A DNA stretch of 44,199 nucleotides from a virus. The stretch lies in the IMG/VR virus record IMGVR_UViG_3300022924_000007, positions 1 to 44,199 of that record. One strand, given 5' to 3'. The stretch's first letter is position 1; each line of letters starts with the position of its first letter. Both the position numbers and the translations under genes were made by a program. This document shows, one piece after another, positions 1 through 7,221 of the stretch. The notes under the pieces are model-generated. The model was not told the DNA's origin, ran no database searches, and saw only the letters and a list, made by a program, of their open reading frames with translations.

Positions 1-127
1 TCTGTGTTAAAAGGCCCAGGTCCCATTACTTACCTTCCTTCGCCTTTTTATCAGCCTTCATCCCGTCTTCGCCATCAGTTTTATTTGATGCCTTTTCAGA
101 TGGTTTGAATGATGTGATAAATGTGTG
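1..127. repeat. Terminal overlap: 1-127 is identical to 44073-44199 (contig closes on itself; unit genome 44,072 bp)
   Basis: Direct reading: tctgtgttaaaaggcccagg...gatgtgataaatgtgtg is present at both ends. Confidence 0.95.
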
Positions 128-304
128 GTCATCGGTCTCTCTCTTGAGCTCTACGAGTGCCTGGCTTACGCCTGCATCGCTTTCGATATCCTTAGTGAAT
201 ACTTTATCACCAATTTTAACACGTAATTTGCTTCCAGATAGGACTTCAACTGGTAGGTTTGTATCCATACTGTCAACTAATCTTTGTAGTTCTGCTTTTT
301 TCAT
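26..304 (-). CDS. hypothetical protein, 92 aa (Lys/Glu-rich C-terminus)
   Basis: ORF in the late-strand operon directly downstream of TerS. Its stop overlaps the ATG of the next gene (TAATG), which continues across the contig junction at 44098. Confidence 0.65.
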   Translation of the reverse strand: MKKAELQRLVDSMDTNLPVEVLSGSKLRVKIGDKVFTKDIESDAGVSQALVELKRETDDHTFITSFKPSEKASNKTDGEDGMKADKKAKEGK

Positions 305-305
305 T

Positions 306-737
306 CTAATCCTCCAACGAATTTAATGCTTCTTCTAAACCAACATGCGCCGTAATACTCTTACTGACGAACATACCTTGGTCGGTTCCTAGTAATTTAA
401 TAGCAGCGATCTTATCACTGTCTTTACTGAACCTGTCGTTAATAATTTGAGCTAATGCGATCTTGAGGTGCTCTGGATTGAGCCTCATAATGTTCTTAGC
501 TGCTCTCACCCAGTCTAATGCAAGTGACTCACTCATAATAATACGAGAATAAGTCTCACTATACCCAGCCTTAATAGCTGCTTGATAGGCATTACCCCAG
601 GTCTCCCTCTCTTTAGGGTCCATGTAGTACTTGAGCCAGTCTTGCTGACGTTGTGTACCCTGCCATTGATTAGCAGTGACCACTTCCCCATCTACTGTAG
701 GGCGTTTCATAGGTTTCTTTCCAGCCTTTTTAGACAT
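306..737 (-). CDS. terS: terminase small subunit (Terminase_2-like HTH)
   Basis: The motif WGNAYQAAIKAGYSETY matches the GNa.qAai.AGYS helix-turn-helix signature of small terminases. The N-terminus is basic. Confidence 0.75.
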   Translation of the reverse strand: MSKKAGKKPMKRPTVDGEVVTANQWQGTQRQQDWLKYYMDPKERETWGNAYQAAIKAGYSETYSRIIMSESLALDWVRAAKNIMRLNPEHLKIALAQIINDRFSKDSDKIAAIKLLGTDQGMFVSKSITAHVGLEEALNSLED

Positions 738-939
738 CAGATACCTCCGTGTAGTCAGCTAGCACGGTCATGAACCTACCACGTGCCTTATCTGTCCACT
801 GTTTTCTTAGTTGTATACTGTATCCTGATGGGGCTTCTGATAGTAACCTGTTGTACATTTCACTACGCTGCGCTATAACCCATTCCTTCGTGGCACCAGT
901 GGGAACCTCGATAGTAATACTCTTGTGTCTTACGTTCAT
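730..939 (-). CDS. hypothetical protein, 69 aa (MNVRHKSITIEV...); first gene after the minus-strand promoter
   Basis: Only the C-terminal 69 codons of track ORF 730..1194 look protein-like. The ATG at 939-937 lies 6 nt after a TATAGT -10 box, and the 3' end overlaps the terS start. Confidence 0.5.
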   Translation of the reverse strand: MNVRHKSITIEVPTGATKEWVIAQRSEMYNRLLSEAPSGYSIQLRKQWTDKARGRFMTVLADYTEVSDV

Positions 940-945
940 ATACTT

Positions 946-974
946 ACTATAGCACAACCCCCTGCATTTGTCAA
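946..974 (-). promoter_or_regulatory. sigma70-type promoter (minus strand): TTGACA-N17-(TGc)TATAGT
   Basis: Reverse complement reads cacTTGACAaatgcagggggttgtgcTATAGTaagtatATG. Confidence 0.6.
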
Positions 975-1246
975 GTGTTATATATGGTATATCCATACAT
1001 TTGTAAAAAATACAGCATGTGAAAATGGACTGCATATACATTTCCAGCCGTAGTAGTATACACAACACTCCTGTCGTCGCCCCCCCATACCCCACCTTGC
1101 TGTAATACCCACAACAACGTAAAAAACACAACAAACAAACAACAACACAACATAATGTACATAGTGTCATGCATATGGTATAGTATGTATGCAACCATCA
1201 TGCTATAGTGTTGTACATAATACAACATGTATGTGCCTTATGCTTA

Positions 1247-1275
1247 TTGCAATGCATGGGTATGTGTGCTATAAT
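1247..1275 (+). promoter_or_regulatory. sigma70-type promoter: TTGCAA-N17-TGcTATAAT (extended -10)
   Basis: Read directly: ttgcaatgcatgggtatgtgtgctataat. Confidence 0.5.
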
Positions 1276-1667
1276 GAATAGGTAAACAAATGATGTATGG
1301 CATATACAGATCATCATGCAAATAAACACATAGAAAGTAACACAATGAAACACATTAAAGTCAAAGCATTCAACAAACAAACACGTAACTTATACATCTT
1401 AAAGAATCATGTACTACCGTACATCATCATATTAGCATTCTTTATACTCCCCTCTACTATACTTAACCTATTCTAATAAGGTGTAATAGCCATAACAAGA
1501 AGGGCCGAGGCATTTTTACCACTGTTACAGGTGGTATTTATGTTATTATGCATGGTTATTGTATAAAGGTTATGCATATTAGGACATCGAAAATATAACA
1601 TTTCAAGACTATGCAATCATTATCCCCCATGTTATTATTAATACATAGCCAACAAAGAACCAGTTCT

Positions 1668-1696
1668 TTGACTCAATAGGGGCTACGACATAAGAA
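1668..1696 (+). promoter_or_regulatory. sigma70-type promoter: TTGACT-N17-TAAGAA
   Basis: ttgactcaataggggctacgacataagaa; same architecture as the promoters at 7488 and 12612. Confidence 0.4.
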
Positions 1697-2033
1697 CAGT
1701 AACAATATAGTATCGTGAACAATTAACCACATACAGACGCTTACACTCTTATACAGTAAAGGTATAACAATTAAGATAGAACCGAGGAATATTATAAATA
1801 AGAATATCAGACAGTTTCTAATCATCATAGGTGCAATAGTTGGCGTACATGTAGGATATTACATCGTCACCATCATAAGCTAAATACATATTATAACATA
1901 AAGGGGGCAATCATGCAAAAGCTTACACAAGCTGAATACATCGCATTAGTGTTAGAAATCAACGAAATCACACTATAGTAAGAGACGGTGCAGGGATAGA
2001 CACAAGATCACAGAAAAATACAGCACAAAAGGG

Positions 2034-2062
2034 TTGACAATAAATAATAAGTAATGTAGTAT
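2034..2062 (+). promoter_or_regulatory. early promoter: TTGACA-N17-TAGTAT followed by AAGAGT
   Basis: ttgacaataaataataagtaatgtagtataagagt; the layout is shared with the promoter at 3402 (TTGACT-N17-TATCAT-AAGAGT). Confidence 0.6.
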
Positions 2063-2125
2063 AAGAGTATCACTAAGTTAAACGAGTATAAAAAATCTCG
2101 GCTTGGGGGATACGAAAGGAATGAC

Positions 2126-2449
2126 ATGGCAATAGTTAAGACAATGACACAATCAGATTTTCAAGACGCATTCAAAGATGAAGAGTTTAGTTATGATGCA
2201 ACTGAAGCACTATTCAACTTCTACGAAGAGGTCAGCGATAGCATGGAAGAACCGTTTGAGTTTGACCAAGTTGCAATTCGTTGTGACTGGTATGAGTATG
2301 ACAATCTTAGTCAAGCATACATGGAATATGAAGCACAAGACAGTGGCAATGATACACTCGGTAATGATGAATTGATGCGAGAATACTTTGAAGATCGGAC
2401 AACCGTAATTGAACTTGATAATGGTCATGTTCTACTACAGGCATTCTAA
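2126..2449 (+). CDS. very acidic early protein, 107 aa (candidate DNA mimic / anti-restriction; function unproven)
   Basis: First ORF after the early promoters, preceded by RBS gaaagga. My hand count gives 28 Asp/Glu against about 6 basic residues. Confidence 0.7.
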   Translation: MAIVKTMTQSDFQDAFKDEEFSYDATEALFNFYEEVSDSMEEPFEFDQVAIRCDWYEYDNLSQAYMEYEAQDSGNDTLGNDELMREYFEDRTTVIELDNGHVLLQAF

Positions 2450-2450
2450 T

Positions 2451-2621
2451 ATGAAAGTAATATTCACAGCACAAGAGCTAGAATCATTTATAGAAGCGAC
2501 GGAGGGGACAAAGTTTTCAGGAGTACAGATTGCAGAGGGGTTAGTGCATAGTTATGGCGCTAACTTACATGAAGACATTAAATCACAGATTGAATTATTA
2601 GAAGAGGGAATTGATGGCTAA
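2451..2621 (+). CDS. hypothetical protein, 56 aa (MKVIFTAQELESF...)
   Basis: The ATG at 2451 lies directly after the stop of the previous gene. The upstream part of track ORF 2409.. overlaps that gene and is unlikely to be coding. Confidence 0.55.
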   Translation: MKVIFTAQELESFIEATEGTKFSGVQIAEGLVHSYGANLHEDIKSQIELLEEGIDG

Positions 2622-2775
2622 AAATGTAAAGAAAGCGTGTTGGAATGGGCACACCTTTACACCAGAAAATAGTTATATAGATAAAAATGGATATCGCAGT
2701 TGTAAAGACTGCCGGCGCATAAGAACTAAGAAGGAGAGAGACTCATGGAAACCACCAAAGCAAAACGAAACCTAA
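2614..2775 (+). CDS. small Cys/His zinc-finger-like protein, 53 aa (CWNGH...N...G.RSCKDC)
   Basis: Translated by hand; shorter than the track cutoff. The pattern C-x2-GH-x16-C-x2-C followed by a basic tail is typical of small phage zinc-ribbon / HNH-associated proteins. Confidence 0.45.
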   Translation: MAKNVKKACWNGHTFTPENSYIDKNGYRSCKDCRRIRTKKERDSWKPPKQNET

Positions 2776-2873
2776 TCATATTATTAACAGTCTATGGAGT
2801 ATTGATCGCAGCAGTAGCAGCGGTATGGATTTACAACTTCATATGGATAACAGCAGCAATAAAGGGGATTTAA
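2745..2873 (+). CDS. small membrane protein, 42 aa
   Basis: Hand translation METTKAKRNLIILLTVYGVLIAAVAAVWIYNFIWITAAIKGI. One or two hydrophobic helices. The stop abuts the next ATG (TAAATG). Confidence 0.45.
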   Translation: METTKAKRNLIILLTVYGVLIAAVAAVWIYNFIWITAAIKGI

Positions 2874-3377
2874 ATGAATAAGAAACAAGTAGGCGCATTG
2901 CTTAAGATCATCAGCAAGGATACAGCAAGAGAGGTATTAACACTAGCACATATTGCAGAATACGATGGAGAGATTGTGTTGCAAGGTACTGATGGATATG
3001 TTCTAGCTATGATTAAGCTTGACAAAGAGGATGCACAAGAGTATGTAGGCAAGAGCATTCGTCGTGCATCACTAGAGAAATGGTATAAATTGGCCACCGG
3101 TAAGAGTCGGTTAGATACGCAAGAGCTTATTAATGTACTTAATGAGGATTATGGGCAATATGGAGAGTTTGAAGGCTCACAATATCCAGACTTTAAAGTG
3201 GTATTGGATAACGCAAAGTTAAAAGAGGTGGATGAAATTGTATTCAATGCAGACTTTGCAAAGAACTTGCAAGACCTAAACAATGGTAACGCACTACGAT
3301 ATAAGATGCATGGTAAACTTGCACCTATGATCGCAACAAGTGATCTTGGTACATTTGTACTAATGCCAATGAAATAA
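2874..3377 (+). CDS. truncated DnaN (beta sliding clamp)-like protein, 167 aa
   Basis: Three clamp motifs occur in the correct order: GTDGYVLA (E. coli ATDGHRLA), QYPDFKVVL (RFPDYRRVLP) and C-terminal TFVLMPMK (AYVVMPMRL). Confidence 0.5.
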   Translation: MNKKQVGALLKIISKDTAREVLTLAHIAEYDGEIVLQGTDGYVLAMIKLDKEDAQEYVGKSIRRASLEKWYKLATGKSRLDTQELINVLNEDYGQYGEFEGSQYPDFKVVLDNAKLKEVDEIVFNADFAKNLQDLNNGNALRYKMHGKLAPMIATSDLGTFVLMPMK

Positions 3378-3401
3378 GTGTTGTATAATTGTAATAAGTT
3401 A

Positions 3402-3430
3402 TTGACTTATACAAAAGAGTGTAGTATCAT
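3402..3430 (+). promoter_or_regulatory. promoter: TTGACT-N17-TATCAT followed by AAGAGT
   Basis: ttgacttatacaaaagagtgtagtatcataagagt. Confidence 0.5.
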
Positions 3431-3461
3431 AAGAGTGTAAAACAAATTATAAGGAGCAACG

Positions 3462-3677
3462 ATGAGTACAGTATACATGACAATTGAAAACATCAGTGAC
3501 AATTTTGATGGTGGTGAAGAAGTGTACAGTGTGATCGACAGCATGAACTGCTACAGAGTCGAAGTAGTTGATGGTTGCGAGTATGAAGCATATGACCAAG
3601 ACCACAATGTGGTTGAGGACGAAGATTTAGCAGGCACATTAATAGACCAAGTAATCAATTTCCAAAAGGGGGAATAA
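3462..3677 (+). CDS. hypothetical acidic protein, 71 aa
   Basis: ORF with RBS aaggag 7 nt upstream. Confidence 0.65.
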   Translation: MSTVYMTIENISDNFDGGEEVYSVIDSMNCYRVEVVDGCEYEAYDQDHNVVEDEDLAGTLIDQVINFQKGE

Positions 3678-3680
3678 GCG

Positions 3681-3887
3681 ATGGGTAAAATAAAACTAAA
3701 CAACAAAGTAAAAGTAACATTAATCGTGTTGGGGATCGTGGGACTATTTGTCTCAGGTGTAACAGCAACACTAGGCGTACAACGCTACAATGACAACCTA
3801 AAAGCACAAGGCGTATCTGCATTCAAAGCAAATAGTTGTGATGAATATGCAAAAGATGGCATGAGCTGGCTGGAGTGTGACAAATAA
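3681..3887 (+). CDS. small membrane protein, 68 aa (one N-terminal TM helix)
   Basis: ORF containing the hydrophobic segment VTLIVLGIVGLFVSGVTATLGV. Confidence 0.6.
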   Translation: MGKIKLNNKVKVTLIVLGIVGLFVSGVTATLGVQRYNDNLKAQGVSAFKANSCDEYAKDGMSWLECDK

Positions 3888-4081
3888 TGAAGAGTTTAGA
3901 ACTATCGGCAGTAAGAGTAAATGTTGACCTAGAAAATGAGTCAGTAATTGTAACCGGAGTTGATGTGGATGAGATCGTATCGCAAATTGGATACGAAGAA
4001 CTACTAAACGCAATGGAATATGCAGACGTAATGGAATACGTAGCACAAGCAGAACGAGATAAAGCTGAGGAGGATTCATAA
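3887..4081 (+). CDS. hypothetical acidic protein, 64 aa
   Basis: ORF translationally coupled to its neighbours (ATGA/TAATG overlaps). Confidence 0.6.
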   Translation: MKSLELSAVRVNVDLENESVIVTGVDVDEIVSQIGYEELLNAMEYADVMEYVAQAERDKAEEDS

Positions 4082-4347
4082 TGAGTACATTTGACGAAGA
4101 TATCAATGCAATGCAAAAGCAAGTGACGCAAGAAGTGATCTTTTACATCAACAAGAACCCTGAAGTATATCGCATTATTAGTGATATTACTAAAGAAGGA
4201 TTGACACCGGAGCAATCTGTGCTACGGATGAAGCAAGAGATTTACAAATGGGCTGATGAACACGATAACGAGTTCGGTACAGTCTTCCAAGCTGAATTGG
4301 ATGGACTTAATAACGACAACTGGGTGCAAGTAGCAGCAGGTATCTAG
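4081..4347 (+). CDS. hypothetical protein, 88 aa
   Basis: ORF translationally coupled to the previous gene. Confidence 0.6.
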   Translation: MSTFDEDINAMQKQVTQEVIFYINKNPEVYRIISDITKEGLTPEQSVLRMKQEIYKWADEHDNEFGTVFQAELDGLNNDNWVQVAAGI

Positions 4348-4348
4348 T

Positions 4349-4459
4349 ATGCTAGAGCCACAAGACAACGGAAGAGTGCTACGGAACTACATTATCTTGG
4401 CACTGATAATCGCACTTTTAGCATATATAGTGGGTCTGAACGTGGGTAAGACGCTATAG
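4349..4459 (+). CDS. small membrane protein, 36 aa
   Basis: Hand translation MLEPQDNGRVLRNYIILALIIALLAYIVGLNVGKTL. It starts 2 nt after the previous stop. Confidence 0.4.
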   Translation: MLEPQDNGRVLRNYIILALIIALLAYIVGLNVGKTL

Positions 4460-4502
4460 GTAGCGTAGTGTAGTAAAGTTCAAAAAAACACCATATATAG
4501 CG

Positions 4503-4531
4503 TTGACAAATAAAATTGTGTATGCTATAGT
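4503..4531 (+). promoter_or_regulatory. promoter: TTGACA-N17-(TGc)TATAGT
   Basis: ttgacaaataaaattgtgtatgctatagt; near-consensus and the same type as the three minus-strand promoters. Confidence 0.65.
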
Positions 4532-4537
4532 GAATAG

Positions 4538-4828
4538 ACAACAAGAACTATGTAGGTGTTCGGACAAGTGCTAGACCTATTGCAAAACTCAAGCGACTAA
4601 ATCATTATTACGGCAAAACTCTCGCTCTATCTTACGGGTTGATAACGAGGACTCTAGTACATTCGACAAGGAATGAATACAGCCAAGGTAGTAGTGTAAT
4701 CCATTTGAACCAAGGAGAGATAAGGTCCTCTGACGGTTAGTGATAGTTCTGTAATCTCGGCGGTGTTCCCTAGTATTACTAGAGGAATAAAACCCGTCAT
4801 ATCTAAAAATAATTAAAGGAGAATAATT
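4538..4828 (+). promoter_or_regulatory. ~290-nt ORF-free structured leader or ncRNA downstream of the 4503 promoter
   Basis: No ORF is present. Nested complementary segments: acgggtt (4634-4640) with aacccgt (4791-4797), and ctctagta (4652-4659) with tactagag (4777-4784). A competing pair is gaggac (4647-4652) with gtcctc (4725-4730). Direct repeat gcaaaactc occurs at 4582 and 4613. Confidence 0.4.
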
Positions 4829-5245
4829 ATGAATTTCAAAGTAGGTGATAAAGTACGAGTGCGAAAAAATCTTTTACTTAATGCAAGATAAGGGGCTGAT
4901 GTTGCAGTGGAAGAAATGATAGCACTTGCCGGCCAAGTCGTAACAATCAAAGATGTTAATGTAAGTACTTACAGTATCGAAGAAGACACATGGGGTTGGA
5001 CAGATGAAATGTTCTACAAGACCAAAGTGAAAGCAGGGATTGAAAAGGTTAGTGATGATATTAATAGTGTGGTTAAGCGTACTAATATTCTCATTACAGA
5101 AGGTGAACTTGCAGTGCAACACACCACAAATAGTAAACGAGATCGTGTTGGATTCTTGAAGCAAGGTCGTGTCATGGGACACATTCGATTCGTAGAGATC
5201 GACTCATATATTGAAATGCTGAACAAACTTAAGCAAGAGGTATAG
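4829..5245 (+). pseudogene. small phage protein (KVGDKVRVRK...WTDEMF type) interrupted by an in-frame TAA at 4889-4891
   Basis: The strong RBS aaaggag serves the ATG at 4829. Twenty codons later a TAA occurs, and the same frame continues into track ORF 4907..5245, which has no RBS of its own. Confidence 0.6.
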
Positions 5246-5246
5246 A

Positions 5247-5525
5247 ATGGATAAGCTAGGCAACAAAATTAGTGAAGGTGATTTGGTTGTTTTTGCTCTC
5301 GGTGGTCGTGTAGGTGAACTCATGTTCGGATATGTTCTTTCGACAGATTTTAAGCCTCAGCAACAGAGAGGCCTGTCAGCAGGAACGATTCTAGTAAATA
5401 GTATGAACAAACAAATGGTATTCCCTCAACGAAACTTGATCGTAATACCGGATGAAATGCAACCGGCAAAGAGACAGGAGAAATTACATGGCACAGAGGA
5501 GGCAGTCGAAGTCAGCGATATCTGA
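5247..5525 (+). CDS. hypothetical protein, 92 aa
   Basis: ORF starting 2 nt after the previous stop. The N-terminus (G.KI.EGD.VV) resembles those of the ORFs at 15907 and 19144. Confidence 0.6.
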   Translation: MDKLGNKISEGDLVVFALGGRVGELMFGYVLSTDFKPQQQRGLSAGTILVNSMNKQMVFPQRNLIVIPDEMQPAKRQEKLHGTEEAVEVSDI

Positions 5526-5781
5526 TGGTCAGGTGGATGTATTCGGTTCAATTCATGGGCTAGAGAAGCTTGTGAATAAACCAACAGTAGTTGAAGCAAA
5601 TGGGCTCAAGGTAGTACAGGTAGTTGTACCTGAGTCAGAGCAGAACACACCAGGGTATAAGGAGCTTGCACTTGAAATAGCACGTAAGTTTGCACCGGAA
5701 GTAAAGTCCAAAGGTAAACCACCTTGGATGGATGCCAACTGGCAAGCAAAGAGGAGGATGCAACGTGCGACAAACTATTAG
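5488..5781 (+). CDS. hypothetical protein, 97 aa (MAQRRQSKSAISDGQ...)
   Basis: Internal ATG at 5488 preceded by RBS caggag; overlaps the previous gene by 38 nt. Confidence 0.5.
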   Translation: MAQRRQSKSAISDGQVDVFGSIHGLEKLVNKPTVVEANGLKVVQVVVPESEQNTPGYKELALEIARKFAPEVKSKGKPPWMDANWQAKRRMQRATNY

Positions 5782-5926
5782 AACATGGTACGATGAGTAT
5801 TGGAAAACATGGGCAGCATGTGCAGTTGGCGATCTTGATGGATTAACACTGTATTTTGCAGACACAGAACTTGAGGCTTATGAGGTATGCTATGGATTTA
5901 TGGTATATAACGGACTTAAACCATGA
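5765..5926 (+). CDS. hypothetical protein, 53 aa (GTG start)
   Basis: RBS aggagg lies 7 nt before the GTG at 5765. The stop overlaps the helicase ATG. Confidence 0.45.
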   Translation: MRQTIRTWYDEYWKTWAACAVGDLDGLTLYFADTELEAYEVCYGFMVYNGLKP

Positions 5927-7152
5927 ATCAACCTAGAGCTTTAGAGATAATGATGCGAGGCGATAACGTAATGTTGACCGGACCGGCAGGTTCAGGAAAG
6001 TCATACACATTGATGGAGTTCATCAAACAAGCCAAGCGCAAACGAAAGAAAGTAGTAGTCACGGCAACAACCGGACTTGCAGCAGCACATTTAGATGGAC
6101 AGACAATACATAGTTGGTCTGGTATGGGACTCGGTGAGGAATTACCTGATAACTATATTTATACTATGTCGGAGGCCCGAAAGAAAGTCATTCGCAGGAC
6201 TGATGTACTTATCATTGATGAGATCAGTATGATGCATGACTACAATTTAGACATGGTGAACAAGGCAATGAAGATCATACGTGAAGATAACCGGCCATTT
6301 GGTGGTATACAAGTTATCTTATGTGGAGACTTCTTCCAGCTTCCACCAGTAGCAAAGGGTAGAGATGGTAGGTTCGTGGTTGACAGCGAGGCGTGGCAGG
6401 AACTAAATCCATCAGTCTGTTACCTAGAAGAACAACACCGTGCAGATGATTTACGATTACAAGAAATCCTAAACGCTATGCGAGCAGGGAAAATGACAAG
6501 TAAGCATCTACAGTGGTTGAAGTCTTGTATGAACCGGACAGTACCTGAAGATATTACTCGACTCTATACTTTAAACGTAGATGTTGAAGATATCAATGAA
6601 CAGAAGCTTAACGCATTAAAAGGCGATAGTCACTATATATTAAGGACTAGTAAGGGTAATCATTATGATATTCAGAACTTACAAAGGAATGTCATGGCAC
6701 CGGAGGTATTACACCTTAAGGTTGGTGCTAGAGTTATGGCGGTTAAGAATGACGCAGAACTACAATATGCAAACGGTAGTATCGGAGACATTATTGAGTT
6801 CACAGAGGATGGCCTTCCCGTCGTACTCTTTGACTCAGGAAAAGTTGTCATTGTGGAACCTCAAGAATGGGAGGTACGCAAAGGAGATAGACTGGCAGCA
6901 GCTATCACACAAGTACCTTTACGGCTTGCTTATGCAATTACAGTCCACAAGTCACAAGGTATGACCCTGGACAGCGCAGAGGTAGACTTAAGTAAAGCTT
7001 TCGTTGAAGGCATGGGGTACGTGGGGTTAAGCCGTGTTAAGAATCTTGATACATTATTCTTAAAAGGATTAAACCAGCGTTCACTACAAGTAAGTCCACG
7101 AGCTAGGGAAATAGATGTAACTTTAAGGGACATGAGTAGGAGTTTAATATGA
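5923..7152 (+). CDS. PIF1/RecD-like SF1B DNA helicase, 409 aa
   Basis: Walker A LTGPAGSGKSY, Walker B LIIDEISMM, then ILCGDFFQLPPV and a C-terminal TVHKSQGMT motif. Confidence 0.85.
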   Translation: MNQPRALEIMMRGDNVMLTGPAGSGKSYTLMEFIKQAKRKRKKVVVTATTGLAAAHLDGQTIHSWSGMGLGEELPDNYIYTMSEARKKVIRRTDVLIIDEISMMHDYNLDMVNKAMKIIREDNRPFGGIQVILCGDFFQLPPVAKGRDGRFVVDSEAWQELNPSVCYLEEQHRADDLRLQEILNAMRAGKMTSKHLQWLKSCMNRTVPEDITRLYTLNVDVEDINEQKLNALKGDSHYILRTSKGNHYDIQNLQRNVMAPEVLHLKVGARVMAVKNDAELQYANGSIGDIIEFTEDGLPVVLFDSGKVVIVEPQEWEVRKGDRLAAAITQVPLRLAYAITVHKSQGMTLDSAEVDLSKAFVEGMGYVGLSRVKNLDTLFLKGLNQRSLQVSPRAREIDVTLRDMSRSLI

Positions 7153-7220
7153 TGGGCGATATAATAACTTTAGTTGTTACCATAGTATTTATGATAGCAT
7201 TCGTATTTATAGAGGATTAA
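7149..7220 (+). CDS. micro membrane peptide, 23 aa
   Basis: Hand translation MMGDIITLVVTIVFMIAFVFIED; ATGA overlap with the helicase stop. Confidence 0.3.
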   Translation: MMGDIITLVVTIVFMIAFVFIED

Positions 7221-7221
7221 C

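Noticed and set aside
971-1380. Track ORFs 971..1228 (-), 1198..1380 (-) and the upstream two-thirds of 730..1194 (-)
   Set aside because: The translations are Cys/His/Tyr/Met-rich low-complexity strings with no RBS. They lie in the skewed A/C-rich intergenic region and arise from composition, not from genes.
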